Assembly (NCBI GenBank): GCA_050633305.1
Contig: JBOEGF010000010.1
Span: 224,001-288,000, forward strand
Reading direction: 5' to 3'
DNA: 64,000 bases
Source of the DNA: Nannocystales bacterium
GTDB lineage: Bacteria > Myxococcota_A > Polyangia > Nannocystales > Nannocystaceae
Made by a program: the position numbers and the translations under genes
Shown here: piece by piece, positions 38,538-49,007 of the stretch
Position numbering within the stretch: the first letter of the stretch is position 1
How the letters are laid out: each line of letters begins with the position of its first letter
Notes under the pieces: model-generated
What the model saw: the letters and a program-made list of their open reading frames with translations, nothing else
Databases searched by the model: none
What the model was told of the DNA's origin: nothing

Positions 38538-39314
38538 TCAGCGCTTGCGTGTTTTCCGTTCTTCGCCGTCCACCGACGCCACCGCGGATCGGAACAGGTC
38601 ACGAAGCTCCGCTGCGGAAACCTGGGTGTTCGCCGGGGTCGCTGCGGACTGTGGGCGCGATGCGGCTTTCGCTCTCTTTCGACGCCCGAACAAGCGGACC
38701 AACGTGGGCGCGACGTTGGACGCAGACCATCGGTTCGCTGGCGCGGGTTCGCTGTCGTGTCGGAGCGGGGCAGGATGGGGCAGGGGTGGGGTGCGGTGAC
38801 GGGCTGTCGATGGGCCGGAGTCCGAGACGTTTTCCGTGGGGAACTGCGGCGCGGCCGCGACCGGAGCTCCTTGTTTTCTCGGGGCCGGCCCGGCGCCACC
38901 TGGCTCCGCAGGAGGCGCAGTCGACTCGGTTGGCGAGGGTGGCTTGTTGCTCGCAGCGGCTTCGGCGAGAGAGCGACTGACACACGCCGAGAGTTGCCTC
39001 AGCGTTGTGGCGGGAAGCTCGAGAAACGAGAGCCCGATCTCACGACTTCCGCGGGTTTGGCCGGGGACCGAGCGGACGACGAGAGCGTCCGCGTCGATCC
39101 ACGGTGCACCCTGCTCGGAAGACAAAGGGAGCCGAACCCGCACGAACTCGGTGCAGTTGACGGGGCCGGAAATCTCGAGCCGCACGCCCGCGATACTGAT
39201 GTCGACTGCGTTCGCCGCGTACTCTCCTCGACCCGTCGAAACAACGGCGCGGGTGCGGTGCGTCGCGCGGGCAAACGCGCGGTTACCGGGTGTTCTTGTG
39301 TCTCTGGATGCCAT
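38538..39314 (-). CDS. PilZ domain protein with Pro-rich tail
   Basis: RAFAR then DISIAG; IGLSF. Confidence 0.75.
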   Translation of the reverse strand: MASRDTRTPGNRAFARATHRTRAVVSTGRGEYAANAVDISIAGVRLEISGPVNCTEFVRVRLPLSSEQGAPWIDADALVVRSVPGQTRGSREIGLSFLELPATTLRQLSACVSRSLAEAAASNKPPSPTESTAPPAEPGGAGPAPRKQGAPVAAAPQFPTENVSDSGPSTARHRTPPLPHPAPLRHDSEPAPANRWSASNVAPTLVRLFGRRKRAKAASRPQSAATPANTQVSAAELRDLFRSAVASVDGEERKTRKR

Positions 39315-39504
39315 CTGGCCGCGGTCTCGCCGGAGTCTGCTCCGGCGGCGGCGGCTGTCGAGGAGCGCCATTGCCGTGGTGTTCGCACGCTCTCAGCGCG
39401 TCGCGGCGACACCGCTTGTGCGGGGCAGGATGCGAACGGCGTGGCAAAAATCCCCACTCGATGCCGGAGCGAAGCGAGCGGTTCGATCGGCCCCAAAACG
39501 GTCG

Positions 39505-40092
39505 CTACAAGACGAGCTCAACCCCGAGAGCGGCGAGCGTCGAACCGGCGCCTTCGAGGGAAATCTTCAGGCCCTTGACCCGATTGTTCTCGAGGTCGAG
39601 GCACAGCCGTTGGGCAGTGCTCATGTCGCAGCGCGTCAGGTCCGACCGATGGAAGATCGTTCCCTCCAAGTCACAGCCGTCGAAGCTGGACCCGGTGAGG
39701 GTTGCCTCTCCGAAGTCGGTCTCGTTGAGCTTGCAGTTCTTGAACGCGGTCTGCGGGAGGTGGAGCCCAAAAAAAGACGAGTAGCTCAGGTTGCACTCGG
39801 TGAACTCGAACTCCAGTGCGAACACGTGGCAGCTGGAGAACATGACACCGCGGACGCGGCATTCAGTGAAGCTCGCTGCGCGAAATCTTGTGCCATTGAC
39901 TTTGCAGTTGGAGAACTCGCAACGAGTCCATGAGCAGTCATCGAACACCGACTCGGCGAGGTCTGCGTCGGTGAAGGTGCAGTCGACGAACTCGCATGCG
40001 TCGAACGAGCACTTGCGAAGGTCGAGCTCGGTGAAGTCCTCTTTCGTGAAGACCTCGGAATCCCATTCGGTACCAGGCTGGGGTGTTGGCAT
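39505..40092 (-). CDS. Pentapeptide repeat protein (Qnr/MfpA/McbG-like)
   Basis: Continuous A/C-D/E/N-F/L-x-x repeats. Confidence 0.9.
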   Translation of the reverse strand: MPTPQPGTEWDSEVFTKEDFTELDLRKCSFDACEFVDCTFTDADLAESVFDDCSWTRCEFSNCKVNGTRFRAASFTECRVRGVMFSSCHVFALEFEFTECNLSYSSFFGLHLPQTAFKNCKLNETDFGEATLTGSSFDGCDLEGTIFHRSDLTRCDMSTAQRLCLDLENNRVKGLKISLEGAGSTLAALGVELVL

Positions 40093-40243
40093 CTAGGTTC
40101 TCGCGGCGGGCCTCTTATAGAGGTGCGGTGTTCAGATGTCCAGTGTGCGTCGACCGATGGGAACACGAAAAACGACCCCGTTGGCGGCGATGCGCCGGCG
40201 GGATCGTTCTGGTTCCGAAGTCTCCGGAGATCGCCGCAGAACC

Positions 40244-41674
40244 CTACAACGAGATCGACCAGGACGTCAGATTGCCCGAGTCGAGGCGCGCCGAATCGAC
40301 GACTTCCAGGGTCCACTCGCCGCCTCGGTCGAGTCCCTCGAAGGCCGACGTGTCGAGCTCGAGGTCCAGGTTGTCTTGGCCGCCACCCGAGCGCTCGTGC
40401 AAGACCTCGATCACGTCACCGTGGATGAGCCGGACGGTGAGGTCACCTCGCCACGTGTGCTCGATGGAAACCGTGACGCTGACCGTGCCGACGGTGTCGT
40501 CGTTCGCGGGGACCTCGATGCTTTGGCGGATGCCTTCATCGTCGTTGTCCGGGATCTCGACCGAGAGCTCTGAGCTGAAGGTCTGCTGCTCGCCCGGGTC
40601 GACGGGGTCGACGGGGTCGACGGGGTCGGTGGGGTCGGTGGGGTCGACGATGACCTCAGGGATGTCCGACACGTACGCGCGACCGAACTCGTCGACGTAG
40701 TCCATTGAAAGCCAGCCGTACCCGGCGCCTGCGGGGTGGTCGACGCCAAAGCCTTCGGTGCCCCAGCTGTTCTTGAACAGATAGAAGCCCTGCTCCATGA
40801 CCGGGTTGCCGTCCGCGTCGAGAACGGTGTTGCCCTCGCCGTCGACCCGCGGGAACTCGAGGTCGAGGTCCCAACCGACGATGAGAATGGAGTGGCCCGC
40901 CGGGCTCTCGCGGCTGATCTCACGGTCTTCGTCGTTGGGCGCACGGACGATTCCGGCGTCCCAGGAATCCAGGTTGCGAGGAAGCTCCGAACGGCGGTGG
41001 TTCCACGCTTGGTAGAAGAACTCCAGGCCCACGACCACGCCGGTCCCGTTGACCCGAATGTGGTCCATGATCGAAGCGCGTCGCGAGTTGAGCCAACGCC
41101 CGGGAGGCAGCTGGAATTTCTCCGCGGTGAGGGCGTCCTCGGGAGGTTGGCCGTTGGTGTAACAGCGTGTCGGCTGATCGTCCTCACCGTCGCACTCGGC
41201 ATCGTCGTCGACACCCCACTGGTCGACTTCGTAACGCCACGCGTCTTCGGCTGGGATGCCGTACTGCGTGAGCGCGCGGAGGTTGTAGTAGGCGTTGCTG
41301 CCCGATGTGTTCGGGAACGAGCCGACCTCGAACTTGGCCGACCACTGAAGATACTGCTCGGAGAAGTCTGGGCTCTCCATGCCGCCGGCGATGTAGAGGT
41401 GCTCCATCAGACCCGTGGTCGAGAAGATCGAACAGACGCCACGCCGTCCTTGGCTCTTGACCGGGGATTGCAGCTCCAGCAAGCCGCGGTGTTGTCGGGG
41501 TGCAGGACCGTCGGCTTTGATCTCAAACGGCAGCTCGTCGTTGGTGGGTGCGCCGTCGAGCAGGGCGTCGAGATCTGACAGCGGTGCGTCGCCATCGTCT
41601 CGGTGGTCGCCATGGTCGCAGCCGGCGGTTGCAAGGGAAAACAGAGCGAGTGCGAGAAGCGACTTTTTGAACAT
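40244..41674 (-). CDS. Papain-like (C1) cysteine protease lipoprotein with C-terminal proprotein-convertase P domain
   Basis: Lipobox ATAGC; QGRRGVCSIF, GHSILIVGW, FKNSWG; IPDN...IEHTWRGDL...GEWTLEVVD. Confidence 0.88.
   Translation of the reverse strand: MFKKSLLALALFSLATAGCDHGDHRDDGDAPLSDLDALLDGAPTNDELPFEIKADGPAPRQHRGLLELQSPVKSQGRRGVCSIFSTTGLMEHLYIAGGMESPDFSEQYLQWSAKFEVGSFPNTSGSNAYYNLRALTQYGIPAEDAWRYEVDQWGVDDDAECDGEDDQPTRCYTNGQPPEDALTAEKFQLPPGRWLNSRRASIMDHIRVNGTGVVVGLEFFYQAWNHRRSELPRNLDSWDAGIVRAPNDEDREISRESPAGHSILIVGWDLDLEFPRVDGEGNTVLDADGNPVMEQGFYLFKNSWGTEGFGVDHPAGAGYGWLSMDYVDEFGRAYVSDIPEVIVDPTDPTDPVDPVDPVDPGEQQTFSSELSVEIPDNDDEGIRQSIEVPANDDTVGTVSVTVSIEHTWRGDLTVRLIHGDVIEVLHERSGGGQDNLDLELDTSAFEGLDRGGEWTLEVVDSARLDSGNLTSWSISL
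40592..40648 (-). repeat. In-frame 9-nt tandem repeat (DPT/DPV linker)
   Basis: GGGGTCGAC / GGGGTCGGT units on the plus strand; boundaries approximate. Confidence 0.8.
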
Positions 41675-41924
41675 TGACTCCACCACCGGGACCGAGATCG
41701 GTTGGCACACACCTGAGCACATTTCGTGCCAACGAGGTACGCTCCGTCGTGACACCAAGTGTCTATATTTTGCATGTGATCTCCAGTCGTTAGCGAACGA
41801 CGCGCGTTCCGAGGATTCGGCAGGTGGCTACACTGGTTGCCACCCGGGCCCCGGACCGGATTGAGTTGCTGCCGGTTCAGGTCACACAGCCAACCCATCC
41901 GGGTCCGACGAGGCTACCGGCAAC

Positions 41925-42248
41925 ATGGCCGCTGTAGCCTCGCGCTGGATCGCCGCTTTGCTCTTCACTGCTCCCGCGTGTGCGAACGGCTCGCGGGAGC
42001 AGAGCCCCATGGAGCGCTGTATGACCAACTGCGAGGCGTCGTGCCTAGAGACTGGGCTCGCTCATTCGGAGCCCCATCCGAGCTGTTCTCGGCAGTGTTT
42101 TGATCTCTGTGACTGTCACGAACTCTCGGTCAAGGGATTCTGCCGATGCGCGAGATCCCGTGCGATGTTCGCCGGCGAACCGATTCCCGACGCGTGCGCT
42201 CGAACTCCGGAACCGGCATTCGAGTTGCCCGCGATAGAGCAGGACTGA
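41925..42248 (+). CDS. Small Cys-rich putative lipoprotein
   Basis: APAC lipobox-like; CMTNCEASC, CSRQCFDLCDC. Confidence 0.55.
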   Translation: MAAVASRWIAALLFTAPACANGSREQSPMERCMTNCEASCLETGLAHSEPHPSCSRQCFDLCDCHELSVKGFCRCARSRAMFAGEPIPDACARTPEPAFELPAIEQD

Positions 42249-42434
42249 GGGTGCGCGTTTCGCAGTCCATGATAGCGGAGGCCGAGCAGCCGTTGCCTTG
42301 GGGTGCGCAATTGTCGCCGGAGCCCGGTGTCGTGATCCGAAGCCAGATTCCACCCGGCGCGAGTACCGCGAAAAATGGAAAGTATCCGGCGGCCCCACTC
42401 GACCACGTCCAAAGGTGCCCGTAGCATCCGCTCG

Positions 42435-42842
42435 ATGAGTGTCGAAGTGCTTGAATCGTTCGTAGGCCAGATGACTGTGGCTGAGCTTTGCAATCGAACT
42501 GGGCGAAGCGTTGAAGAGCTGCTCGAGTTTTGCAGCGATCGCCGTCCTGCCAAGTCCACCTCACCCGCGCCGGCTGCGAGGCCCAGCAAGAAGAACAACA
42601 AGAAGAACAAGCCGACCGGTGGGAAGCGACGAGTCCGAGCAAGCAGCGACCAACTCGTCGCGCTCGATGAGCGCGTCATGGCCCTGATCGTCGGTGCCAA
42701 AGACGGAATCGGCGGCCGCGAGATGGCCAACAAAACCGGAGAGACACTTCCCCGCCTCCGGGGTTCACTGAAGCGGCTCGTGGACAGGAAGAAGATTCGG
42801 TACGCGGGCAACACCGCCGCGCGTCGCTACTGGGCCAAGTAG
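42435..42842 (+). CDS. Basic winged-helix DNA-binding protein (possibly nucleoid-associated)
   Basis: Lys/Arg-rich linker; GIGGREMA...LRGSLKRLVDRKKIRYAGNTAARRY. Confidence 0.65.
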   Translation: MSVEVLESFVGQMTVAELCNRTGRSVEELLEFCSDRRPAKSTSPAPAARPSKKNNKKNKPTGGKRRVRASSDQLVALDERVMALIVGAKDGIGGREMANKTGETLPRLRGSLKRLVDRKKIRYAGNTAARRYWAK

Positions 42843-42943
42843 GTCCGCGCTCTAAACCGAACACCAGGGTGTCCGGCTTGGAGGCGCCCGAGTCCTAGAG
42901 GTGTCCGCGATGCCGGACACTTCGGACTCGGAGCCCCGGTCTG

Positions 42944-43768
42944 TCAGGGACTGACACGACCGACCCACAGTTGTGGGCCCATGGCTCCGTACCCCGCCGA
43001 TGTCACCCAAATGTAGTCGTCGGGCGCGACGGCGATACGCGTGTCGTTGTTGGCGTTCGGCAGCCCGACCGACCACACGGTTGAGCCATCGGTACGGTCG
43101 AGTTTGCGAAGCTCGTACGCGCCGTTGCCATTGCCGTCCTCCAACAGGACGATGGGGGCTCCGGTCGAGTCGACGGCGATCTGAACCTGGCCGGGGTTGC
43201 TCAGTGGCAGGCTCCACGCCACACCGAGTGCGGCGTTGAACTGGGTTAGGCCACCACCGGGGTAGCCCGGTTCCCCGAAGTTGAGGAACGAGTAGACCAG
43301 GGGCGTGCCATTGGCCCCGGTCGCGATCTCGCTGAACTGTGAAACGGCCCCGAACGTGTTGGTGTCCGCGACGTTGCCCGCTGCGGTGTACTGGACCATG
43401 AGGGCCTCGAGGTCCCCGTTGTCATCACGCTCCCGGCGGCCGACCACGAGCACGGAGTCGTTGGGTCCGGCGGGGGCCGCGTACCAGCTGTAGATGTAGA
43501 AGGCGGGCGCGGGAGCGACTGCCGTCCAGACCGGAGTATCGGCGGGAGCCGGACTCTGGGGGTCGAACATGCCGAGCCGGTTGCCGAAGTCGAGCCCAGC
43601 GTACCCGAGCTCGCCGATGGACTCGAGCGACTCCTGCCCCGTGACTCGCTCGTCTCCGCACGCTTCGGTGAACGTGCCGTCAGGCTCCACAGCGTAGTTG
43701 CAGTTCGAAGCCGCGAGGACCCAGCGGTCGCTGACGAGGGCCGCGTTCCGGACGGGCGTGTTGGGCAT
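42944..43768 (-). CDS. Beta-propeller-like protein, start uncertain, possibly N-terminally truncated
   Basis: IAVDSTG, IAVAPDD, DGSTVWS blades; no signal peptide; first in-frame ATG about 43768. Confidence 0.5.
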   Translation of the reverse strand: MPNTPVRNAALVSDRWVLAASNCNYAVEPDGTFTEACGDERVTGQESLESIGELGYAGLDFGNRLGMFDPQSPAPADTPVWTAVAPAPAFYIYSWYAAPAGPNDSVLVVGRRERDDNGDLEALMVQYTAAGNVADTNTFGAVSQFSEIATGANGTPLVYSFLNFGEPGYPGGGLTQFNAALGVAWSLPLSNPGQVQIAVDSTGAPIVLLEDGNGNGAYELRKLDRTDGSTVWSVGLPNANNDTRIAVAPDDYIWVTSAGYGAMGPQLWVGRVSP

Positions 43769-43868
43769 GAGGACATCGAACGTCTGCGTTGGAACTTCTC
43801 GCGAAACACATCGGGCTCGGCCGGTACCACCCTCTTGCCGCTCACGACGGCGCGCAGGGAGAGCCCCC

Positions 43869-45092
43869 ATGACCCGAGTTTTCGATGAACAATCCGCCAT
43901 CGCCCCTCTGATTACCCCGCAGGGATTGCGCGTCGTCGGGGGAATTCGAGGCCCGTCGGGGATGTGGCAGCCGGCGATGGTCGATCCTGCGACCGGTCAG
44001 TGCGTGTGGGCGGGTGCGGGAGAGTTCCGCGCGGCGTTCGGGGTGTGGACGCCTCGTTTCGCGACACGTCGCAACGTGGTGTTTGTGTTCAATGAGGGCT
44101 GGTTGGGCTGCTTTGACGGTGGAAACGGTGCGCAGAAGTGGAAGGTTCAGATCGGTGGAGACCTCTCCCGGTTGTCGCGTCGATGGCTTCGCGACGGGGC
44201 GACGGATGACCTCGCAGTCGACGTGGTGTCGACCGCAGCGGGAACGATCGCGCTGGTCCGCACCGATGAGCACCTGTTGCTGGCCTACGAGCTGCACAGC
44301 GGTGCGTTGCTGTGGTCGGTGGCGCTCGATTCGGGGACCTACTACGTGGTTCCCGGAGTGGGCGTGCTCGTGTTTGTCGAGGAGGGGCCGGCTGAGCTCC
44401 GAGGGGTCCGCGGAGAGGTGAAGTGGGCGCGTGAGTTCGACAGTGCCACCGTCTCTGGTCGCCATGTGTTCGCGAAGGTCCGAGGGGATGTCGACTCTCT
44501 GGTGTGTCTGGACGCGGAGACCGGGGAGGAGCGGTGGCGCGTGGAGGAGGAGAGCGTCGACCACCTGGACGAGGCCGCCACGGGATTGGGGCAGGCGTTG
44601 CTCACCATCGACGGGTCGTTCAGCCAGCGCGCTTGGAGCGTGAGCGCGGACGCGGTCCCACCCAAGGCCGGGTTTTTTGCGAGGTTGTTCGGCCGAACCC
44701 ACGGCGCACCCTTGCCCGTCAAACGAGCGTGCCTCAACAGCACCACACGGGTCGGCAGTCGGGTGTTCGTCGTCGCCGACTCGGATGCGGGGAAGCACAT
44801 GGTCACACTCGACGCAGCGACGGGACGACCCGTGACTGCCCCCGTGGCGTTGGGAGCGCCCAACTGGGTTCTCGTCCGGGGGCAAGGGGACGTGGCCGTT
44901 GCCCGATGCGAGTTTGACGGCCGTGTGGTTCTGCAAGCCTTCGGCGCCAACGGTGCGCTGTTGTGGACGCGAGACCTCGAGGACGCTCAGGAGCACTTCT
45001 GCAATGGGGCGGATGTGATCGTCGAGCTGCCGCGCCAGGTCGCGGTCCTCGATGCCGCCGACGGAACCACTCGATTCGCGTACGCCAACTAG
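43869..45092 (+). CDS. PQQ-binding-like beta-propeller protein
   Basis: FDGGNGAQKW, LDAETGEERW, LDAATG, LDAADG repeats. Confidence 0.8.
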   Translation: MTRVFDEQSAIAPLITPQGLRVVGGIRGPSGMWQPAMVDPATGQCVWAGAGEFRAAFGVWTPRFATRRNVVFVFNEGWLGCFDGGNGAQKWKVQIGGDLSRLSRRWLRDGATDDLAVDVVSTAAGTIALVRTDEHLLLAYELHSGALLWSVALDSGTYYVVPGVGVLVFVEEGPAELRGVRGEVKWAREFDSATVSGRHVFAKVRGDVDSLVCLDAETGEERWRVEEESVDHLDEAATGLGQALLTIDGSFSQRAWSVSADAVPPKAGFFARLFGRTHGAPLPVKRACLNSTTRVGSRVFVVADSDAGKHMVTLDAATGRPVTAPVALGAPNWVLVRGQGDVAVARCEFDGRVVLQAFGANGALLWTRDLEDAQEHFCNGADVIVELPRQVAVLDAADGTTRFAYAN

Positions 45093-45116
45093 ACCAAGGG
45101 ACGGCCCCTCGCCGAA

Positions 45117-46262
45117 CTAGAGCGGGAGGCCGCGGCCCCATAGACCTGCGACCCCATCTGCTGCGGCCGTGAAGTCCGTGGCTCGGCTTCGGCGGTCGCG
45201 GTCTTGGCAGCGAGCGGGGTCGGTGTCGAACAGGCTCCGGGCCAGGGAGCGTCCGACCTCGACAATCGCTGTGGTCTTGGCGCTTCGTGCCTCGAAGAGT
45301 TGTTTGCACGCTTCCGAAGCGTTTCGAGTGCCCGCCAAGATCTGATGCAGGTGCCAGACGTCTTCGAGCGCCTGGCCGACGCCCTGGCCGGAGGTCGGAG
45401 AGGCTGCATGTGCGGCATCGCCGATGACGAGGACGTTGCGTCGATGCCACGAGGGCAGGGGGTCGTGGTCGAAGACCTCGATCTCCCGGACGTGAGCATC
45501 GCCAACCACGGAGAGAACCTCTGAGATCGGCGCAGGCCATCCCTCGAATGCGTTCCGCCAAGTCTTGTGACCGCTGCCTGCGAGACCCGCGGCCCAGTAG
45601 GCCTGGGTCTCGGACAGTGGAACCACACCGAAACGAGCGCCCTGTCCCCAGACGTCGAGCACGACGCCAGGGGCGAACGTCGGGGACGGAGTCTGGACCG
45701 TCCCTAGCCAGTTCGTGAACCCACAGGATCGCGGCGTCGCATCGCCTGACACGTAGGCACGCGAGGCCGACCGCATGCGGCCGTCCGCACCCACGATGAG
45801 GTCGGCCTGCGCGGTTGTCCCGTCCGCAAGCCGCACTGTCGCCGACCCGTCCAAGTGGTCCTCCAACCCGGTTGCACCGTTGCCGAACTGGAAGCGTGCC
45901 CCTGCGTGTTCGGCTCTGTCGCACAGGAGTCGGTGGAGGGTCGAGCGCAGTATCGCGAGGCTGGGGAACCCAAGCCGTTCGTCGATGCGGTTCGTTGGAA
46001 GGCTCCCCAGCCCTTCTCCGGCGACCGACAAGCGTTGCATCTGCGTCACCGGATTCCCTTGCTGGGCCACGGCGTCGAGCAGTCCGAGAGACCGCAGGAC
46101 AAAGGTCGCGTTTGGCCAACAGACAACCCCCGCGCCGAGTTCACCAGAGGCCGCGCCGGGTTCGGGTCTGCGCTCGTACACATCGACGTCGATGCCGAGG
46201 GATCGAAGTGCGATGGCGGCAGCCGAGCCAGCAATGCCCGCACCGAGGATCAGGGCTCTCAT
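45117..46262 (-). CDS. FAD-dependent monooxygenase
   Basis: GAGIAG, ADLIVGADG, IGDAAHAASPTSGQG. Confidence 0.92.
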   Translation of the reverse strand: MRALILGAGIAGSAAAIALRSLGIDVDVYERRPEPGAASGELGAGVVCWPNATFVLRSLGLLDAVAQQGNPVTQMQRLSVAGEGLGSLPTNRIDERLGFPSLAILRSTLHRLLCDRAEHAGARFQFGNGATGLEDHLDGSATVRLADGTTAQADLIVGADGRMRSASRAYVSGDATPRSCGFTNWLGTVQTPSPTFAPGVVLDVWGQGARFGVVPLSETQAYWAAGLAGSGHKTWRNAFEGWPAPISEVLSVVGDAHVREIEVFDHDPLPSWHRRNVLVIGDAAHAASPTSGQGVGQALEDVWHLHQILAGTRNASEACKQLFEARSAKTTAIVEVGRSLARSLFDTDPARCQDRDRRSRATDFTAAADGVAGLWGRGLPL

Positions 46263-46365
46263 CGCCGACGAACGTGGCACGTTCGCCGGGCGGCGCATCT
46301 GTGAAACTTTGTGCACGAATGCGCACATCGCTGCGCGCTCGCCCGTAGTGTTGTCACTCGCCTCG

Positions 46366-46644
46366 CTAGCCGCCGAGGTGGACTCGCGTTTGGAACGCGA
46401 CGGCGGCTTGCTGGAACGCTGGGTTCCCCATGTGGCGTTGCCCGTACTCCCCCATCACGTTACGGGCTTTCGACACGCTCTTGAGCCCCAGCTTCTGCAG
46501 CGCCTGAGCTTCGGTCTGCTCGCCGCGTTCGGCCTGGTCGAGTTCGTGCTCGATCTTCCAGAACATCTCGAGGTCGTCCGGGTCGAGTCCGCCGAAGGGG
46601 TCACCACCGCCAAACAGGCCACTGATCATGTCGAAGATGGACAT
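46366..46644 (-). CDS. Small hypothetical protein
   Basis: GC-rich third positions; MSIFDMISGLFGGG amphipathic start. Confidence 0.6.
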   Translation of the reverse strand: MSIFDMISGLFGGGDPFGGLDPDDLEMFWKIEHELDQAERGEQTEAQALQKLGLKSVSKARNVMGEYGQRHMGNPAFQQAAVAFQTRVHLGG

Positions 46645-46707
46645 CGCGCAGTGGGAGTACCGAGCGAGCCAAGATCGTTTCGTGGTTTTTCCCCGGGGGC
46701 CGCAACC

Positions 46708-46741
46708 AAAAAAGCGCCCCCCGGCACCATTGCCGGGGGGC
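46708..46741 (-). terminator. Intrinsic terminator of aqpZ
   Basis: GC-rich stem of about 11 bp with 4-nt loop, followed by T6 on the minus strand. Confidence 0.85.
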
Positions 46742-46765
46742 AGCACCACCACAAGTAGCAAAAAG

Positions 46766-47473
46766 TCATTCCTCGCCAGCGACGTTGCGGTACGCGAGCG
46801 CACCGAGAACGCCACCGAGGATGGGCACCACCCAGAACATCCACAGCTGTGCGAGCGCCTGGCCGCCGACGAAGATGGCGGGGCCGGTGCTGCGGGCCGG
46901 GTTGACCGACAGGTTGGTGACCGGGATTCCGATCAGGTGAATCAGCGTGAGGCCAAGCCCGATGGCAATCGGCGCGAAGCCAGCGGGTGCGCGCTTGTCG
47001 GTCGCTCCCATGATGATGAACAGGAACACGAACGTGAGCAGAAGCTCCGCGACGATGGCGGCCTGCAGACCGTAGCCGCCGGGGGAGAAGTCACCGTAGC
47101 CGTTGGTGGCAAACGCACCCGCCCCGCTGCCGACCTCGAAGCCCGCCTTGCCCGACGCCACAACGTACAACGCGCCCGCAGCCGCGATGCCCCCGGCCAC
47201 CTGAGCTGCGATGTAGCCCGCCGCTTCGTTGGCAGGGTGTCGGCCGCCCGCGACGAGACCGAGCGTCACTGCCGGGTTGAGGTGACAGCCCGAGATGTGG
47301 CCGATCGTGTAGGCCATGGTGAGGACCGTCAGTCCAAACGCGAAGCTGACCCCCAGCAGGCCGATGCCCACGTCGGGGAACGCGGCCGCCAACACGGCGC
47401 TCCCGCAGCCTCCGAACACCAGCCAGAACGTACCGATGAACTCGGCGGAGAGCTTGCGCGTGTACGACACCAT
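46766..47473 (-). CDS. aqpZ: Aquaporin Z
   Basis: [34 protein letters not shown]. Confidence 0.95.
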   Translation of the reverse strand: MVSYTRKLSAEFIGTFWLVFGGCGSAVLAAAFPDVGIGLLGVSFAFGLTVLTMAYTIGHISGCHLNPAVTLGLVAGGRHPANEAAGYIAAQVAGGIAAAGALYVVASGKAGFEVGSGAGAFATNGYGDFSPGGYGLQAAIVAELLLTFVFLFIIMGATDKRAPAGFAPIAIGLGLTLIHLIGIPVTNLSVNPARSTGPAIFVGGQALAQLWMFWVVPILGGVLGALAYRNVAGEE

Positions 47474-47688
47474 GAAGTCGTACTGTGCACGATTGGGGCC
47501 AAGACCAACTCCGCCGGGAAGTGGCGCTCTGCGCTGGTGCGGACTCGGGCGTGCGTCGAGGACTGGGGGAATGCAGGGACAGGTGGGGCAAAGTGCCCGG
47601 GGCATGGCTTCCCTCCACTGTGAATCGGCCAACACCGACCCAGAGGCACGAACGCGCGGCTCGGGTCACGAGTAGTACGTTTTGGGGG

Positions 47689-48327
47689 ATGCCGACACGT
47701 CCGCTGCTCCTCACCCTCGCGGTCCTGTCGGGGCCACCCGGAGCCGACCAACCGGACCCCGCTGAGGTCCAGCGGGTCTACGACCAAGCCCAAGAGCAGG
47801 TCCAGAACATGGACTACCTCTTGGCCGTAGGCAGCTTCGAGACGCTCATCGAGATGTTCCCAGAGGTCGAGGAGAACCGGATGATTCGGGAAACGCTGAT
47901 CCTGAATCTCCTGAATGTGACTCGGCAGGCGTATCAGCGCCTCCTCAACGACGATGGCAGTCGCAAGTCCGAACTCGTCGAGCGTGGCCTGGGGCAGCTG
48001 GCTCGCTATGAGGCCGCCTACGAGGACACCTATGGCAACCGACCGAGCAGCGCCGAACTCGACGCGGCTGAGCAGAAGCTTCGGGATGCGCTCGCGGTTG
48101 GCGAGCCGAGGACCGAACCGTGCCTAAGCCCACTTCCGCCATGCCTCTCGCCCCCACCGATTGCGCCCAGGCGAGGCTGTGGAGGAGACAACGGGGGCGT
48201 GGCTTCACTGATGCTGTTGCCGTTCGCACTTCGCCGACGCCGGAAGTCGGTCCTCGATCAGGTCGCCGGTGCCCTCCCCGCGGACGTCGTTGCGCGCCTG
48301 CGCCGACGCTTGGACTCCGACGTGTAA
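47689..48327 (+). CDS. Secreted TPR-like protein with a MYXO-CTERM-like segment and extra C-terminal tail
   Basis: Signal-like N terminus; RGCGG...LMLLPFALRRRRK followed by 26 more residues. Confidence 0.6.
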   Translation: MPTRPLLLTLAVLSGPPGADQPDPAEVQRVYDQAQEQVQNMDYLLAVGSFETLIEMFPEVEENRMIRETLILNLLNVTRQAYQRLLNDDGSRKSELVERGLGQLARYEAAYEDTYGNRPSSAELDAAEQKLRDALAVGEPRTEPCLSPLPPCLSPPPIAPRRGCGGDNGGVASLMLLPFALRRRRKSVLDQVAGALPADVVARLRRRLDSDV

Positions 48328-48404
48328 CCTCCGCGTCGCGCTCTTCTCCCCGCCCGTGATACTGGGCGGCTCCGCGGTGAACGTTCCCGCGTGTCCGGAG
48401 TTCC

Positions 48405-49007
48405 ATGTCCAGCTCGTTCCGTCTTGTCTTTGTGTGGGCCGTGTCGGGGGGGGCGGGGTGTGATGCTCCGGCTCCGGATCCTCCACCTCCACCTCCTCCG
48501 ATCTTCTCCCAGCCCCCGGTTGAGACCAAGCCTCCGGTTTCTCGGCGAGAGCTCCCGAGCGTCGAGCCGACCAAGTCCACGGCCACACCCATCGAGCCCG
48601 CGATGGATGCACGGCTTGTCCGGGTGACCGACGGAGATACGATCGTGGTGACGGTGGATGGCAAGCAGGAGCGCGTTCGTCTGATCGGCATCGACACTCC
48701 GGAGACGAAGCACTCGCCGCGTGGGGCGGAGCCGCTGGCCGACGAGGCCACTGCAGCCCTACGAACACTCCTGCGCCGTCATCCGCTCCGGCTCCGGCTC
48801 CGGCTCGACGCGGAGGAGCGAGACCGATACGGACGCCTTCTGGCCTACGTCTACGCGAACGGTGTGTTCGTCAACGAGGCCATGGTTCGCGATGGGTGGG
48901 CTCGTGCGCTTCGCATCCCACCGAATGTTCGGCACGCGAAGACGTTCGACCGACTCGCGGACGAAGCGAGACGCCGGCGACTCGGGATCTGGGCTACCTC
49001 GAACTGA
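48405..49007 (+). CDS. Thermonuclease (SNase) family lipoprotein
   Basis: DGDTI, RVRLIGIDTPE, DRYGRLLAYV, VNEAMVRDG, GIW. Confidence 0.92.
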   Translation: MSSSFRLVFVWAVSGGAGCDAPAPDPPPPPPPIFSQPPVETKPPVSRRELPSVEPTKSTATPIEPAMDARLVRVTDGDTIVVTVDGKQERVRLIGIDTPETKHSPRGAEPLADEATAALRTLLRRHPLRLRLRLDAEERDRYGRLLAYVYANGVFVNEAMVRDGWARALRIPPNVRHAKTFDRLADEARRRRLGIWATSN

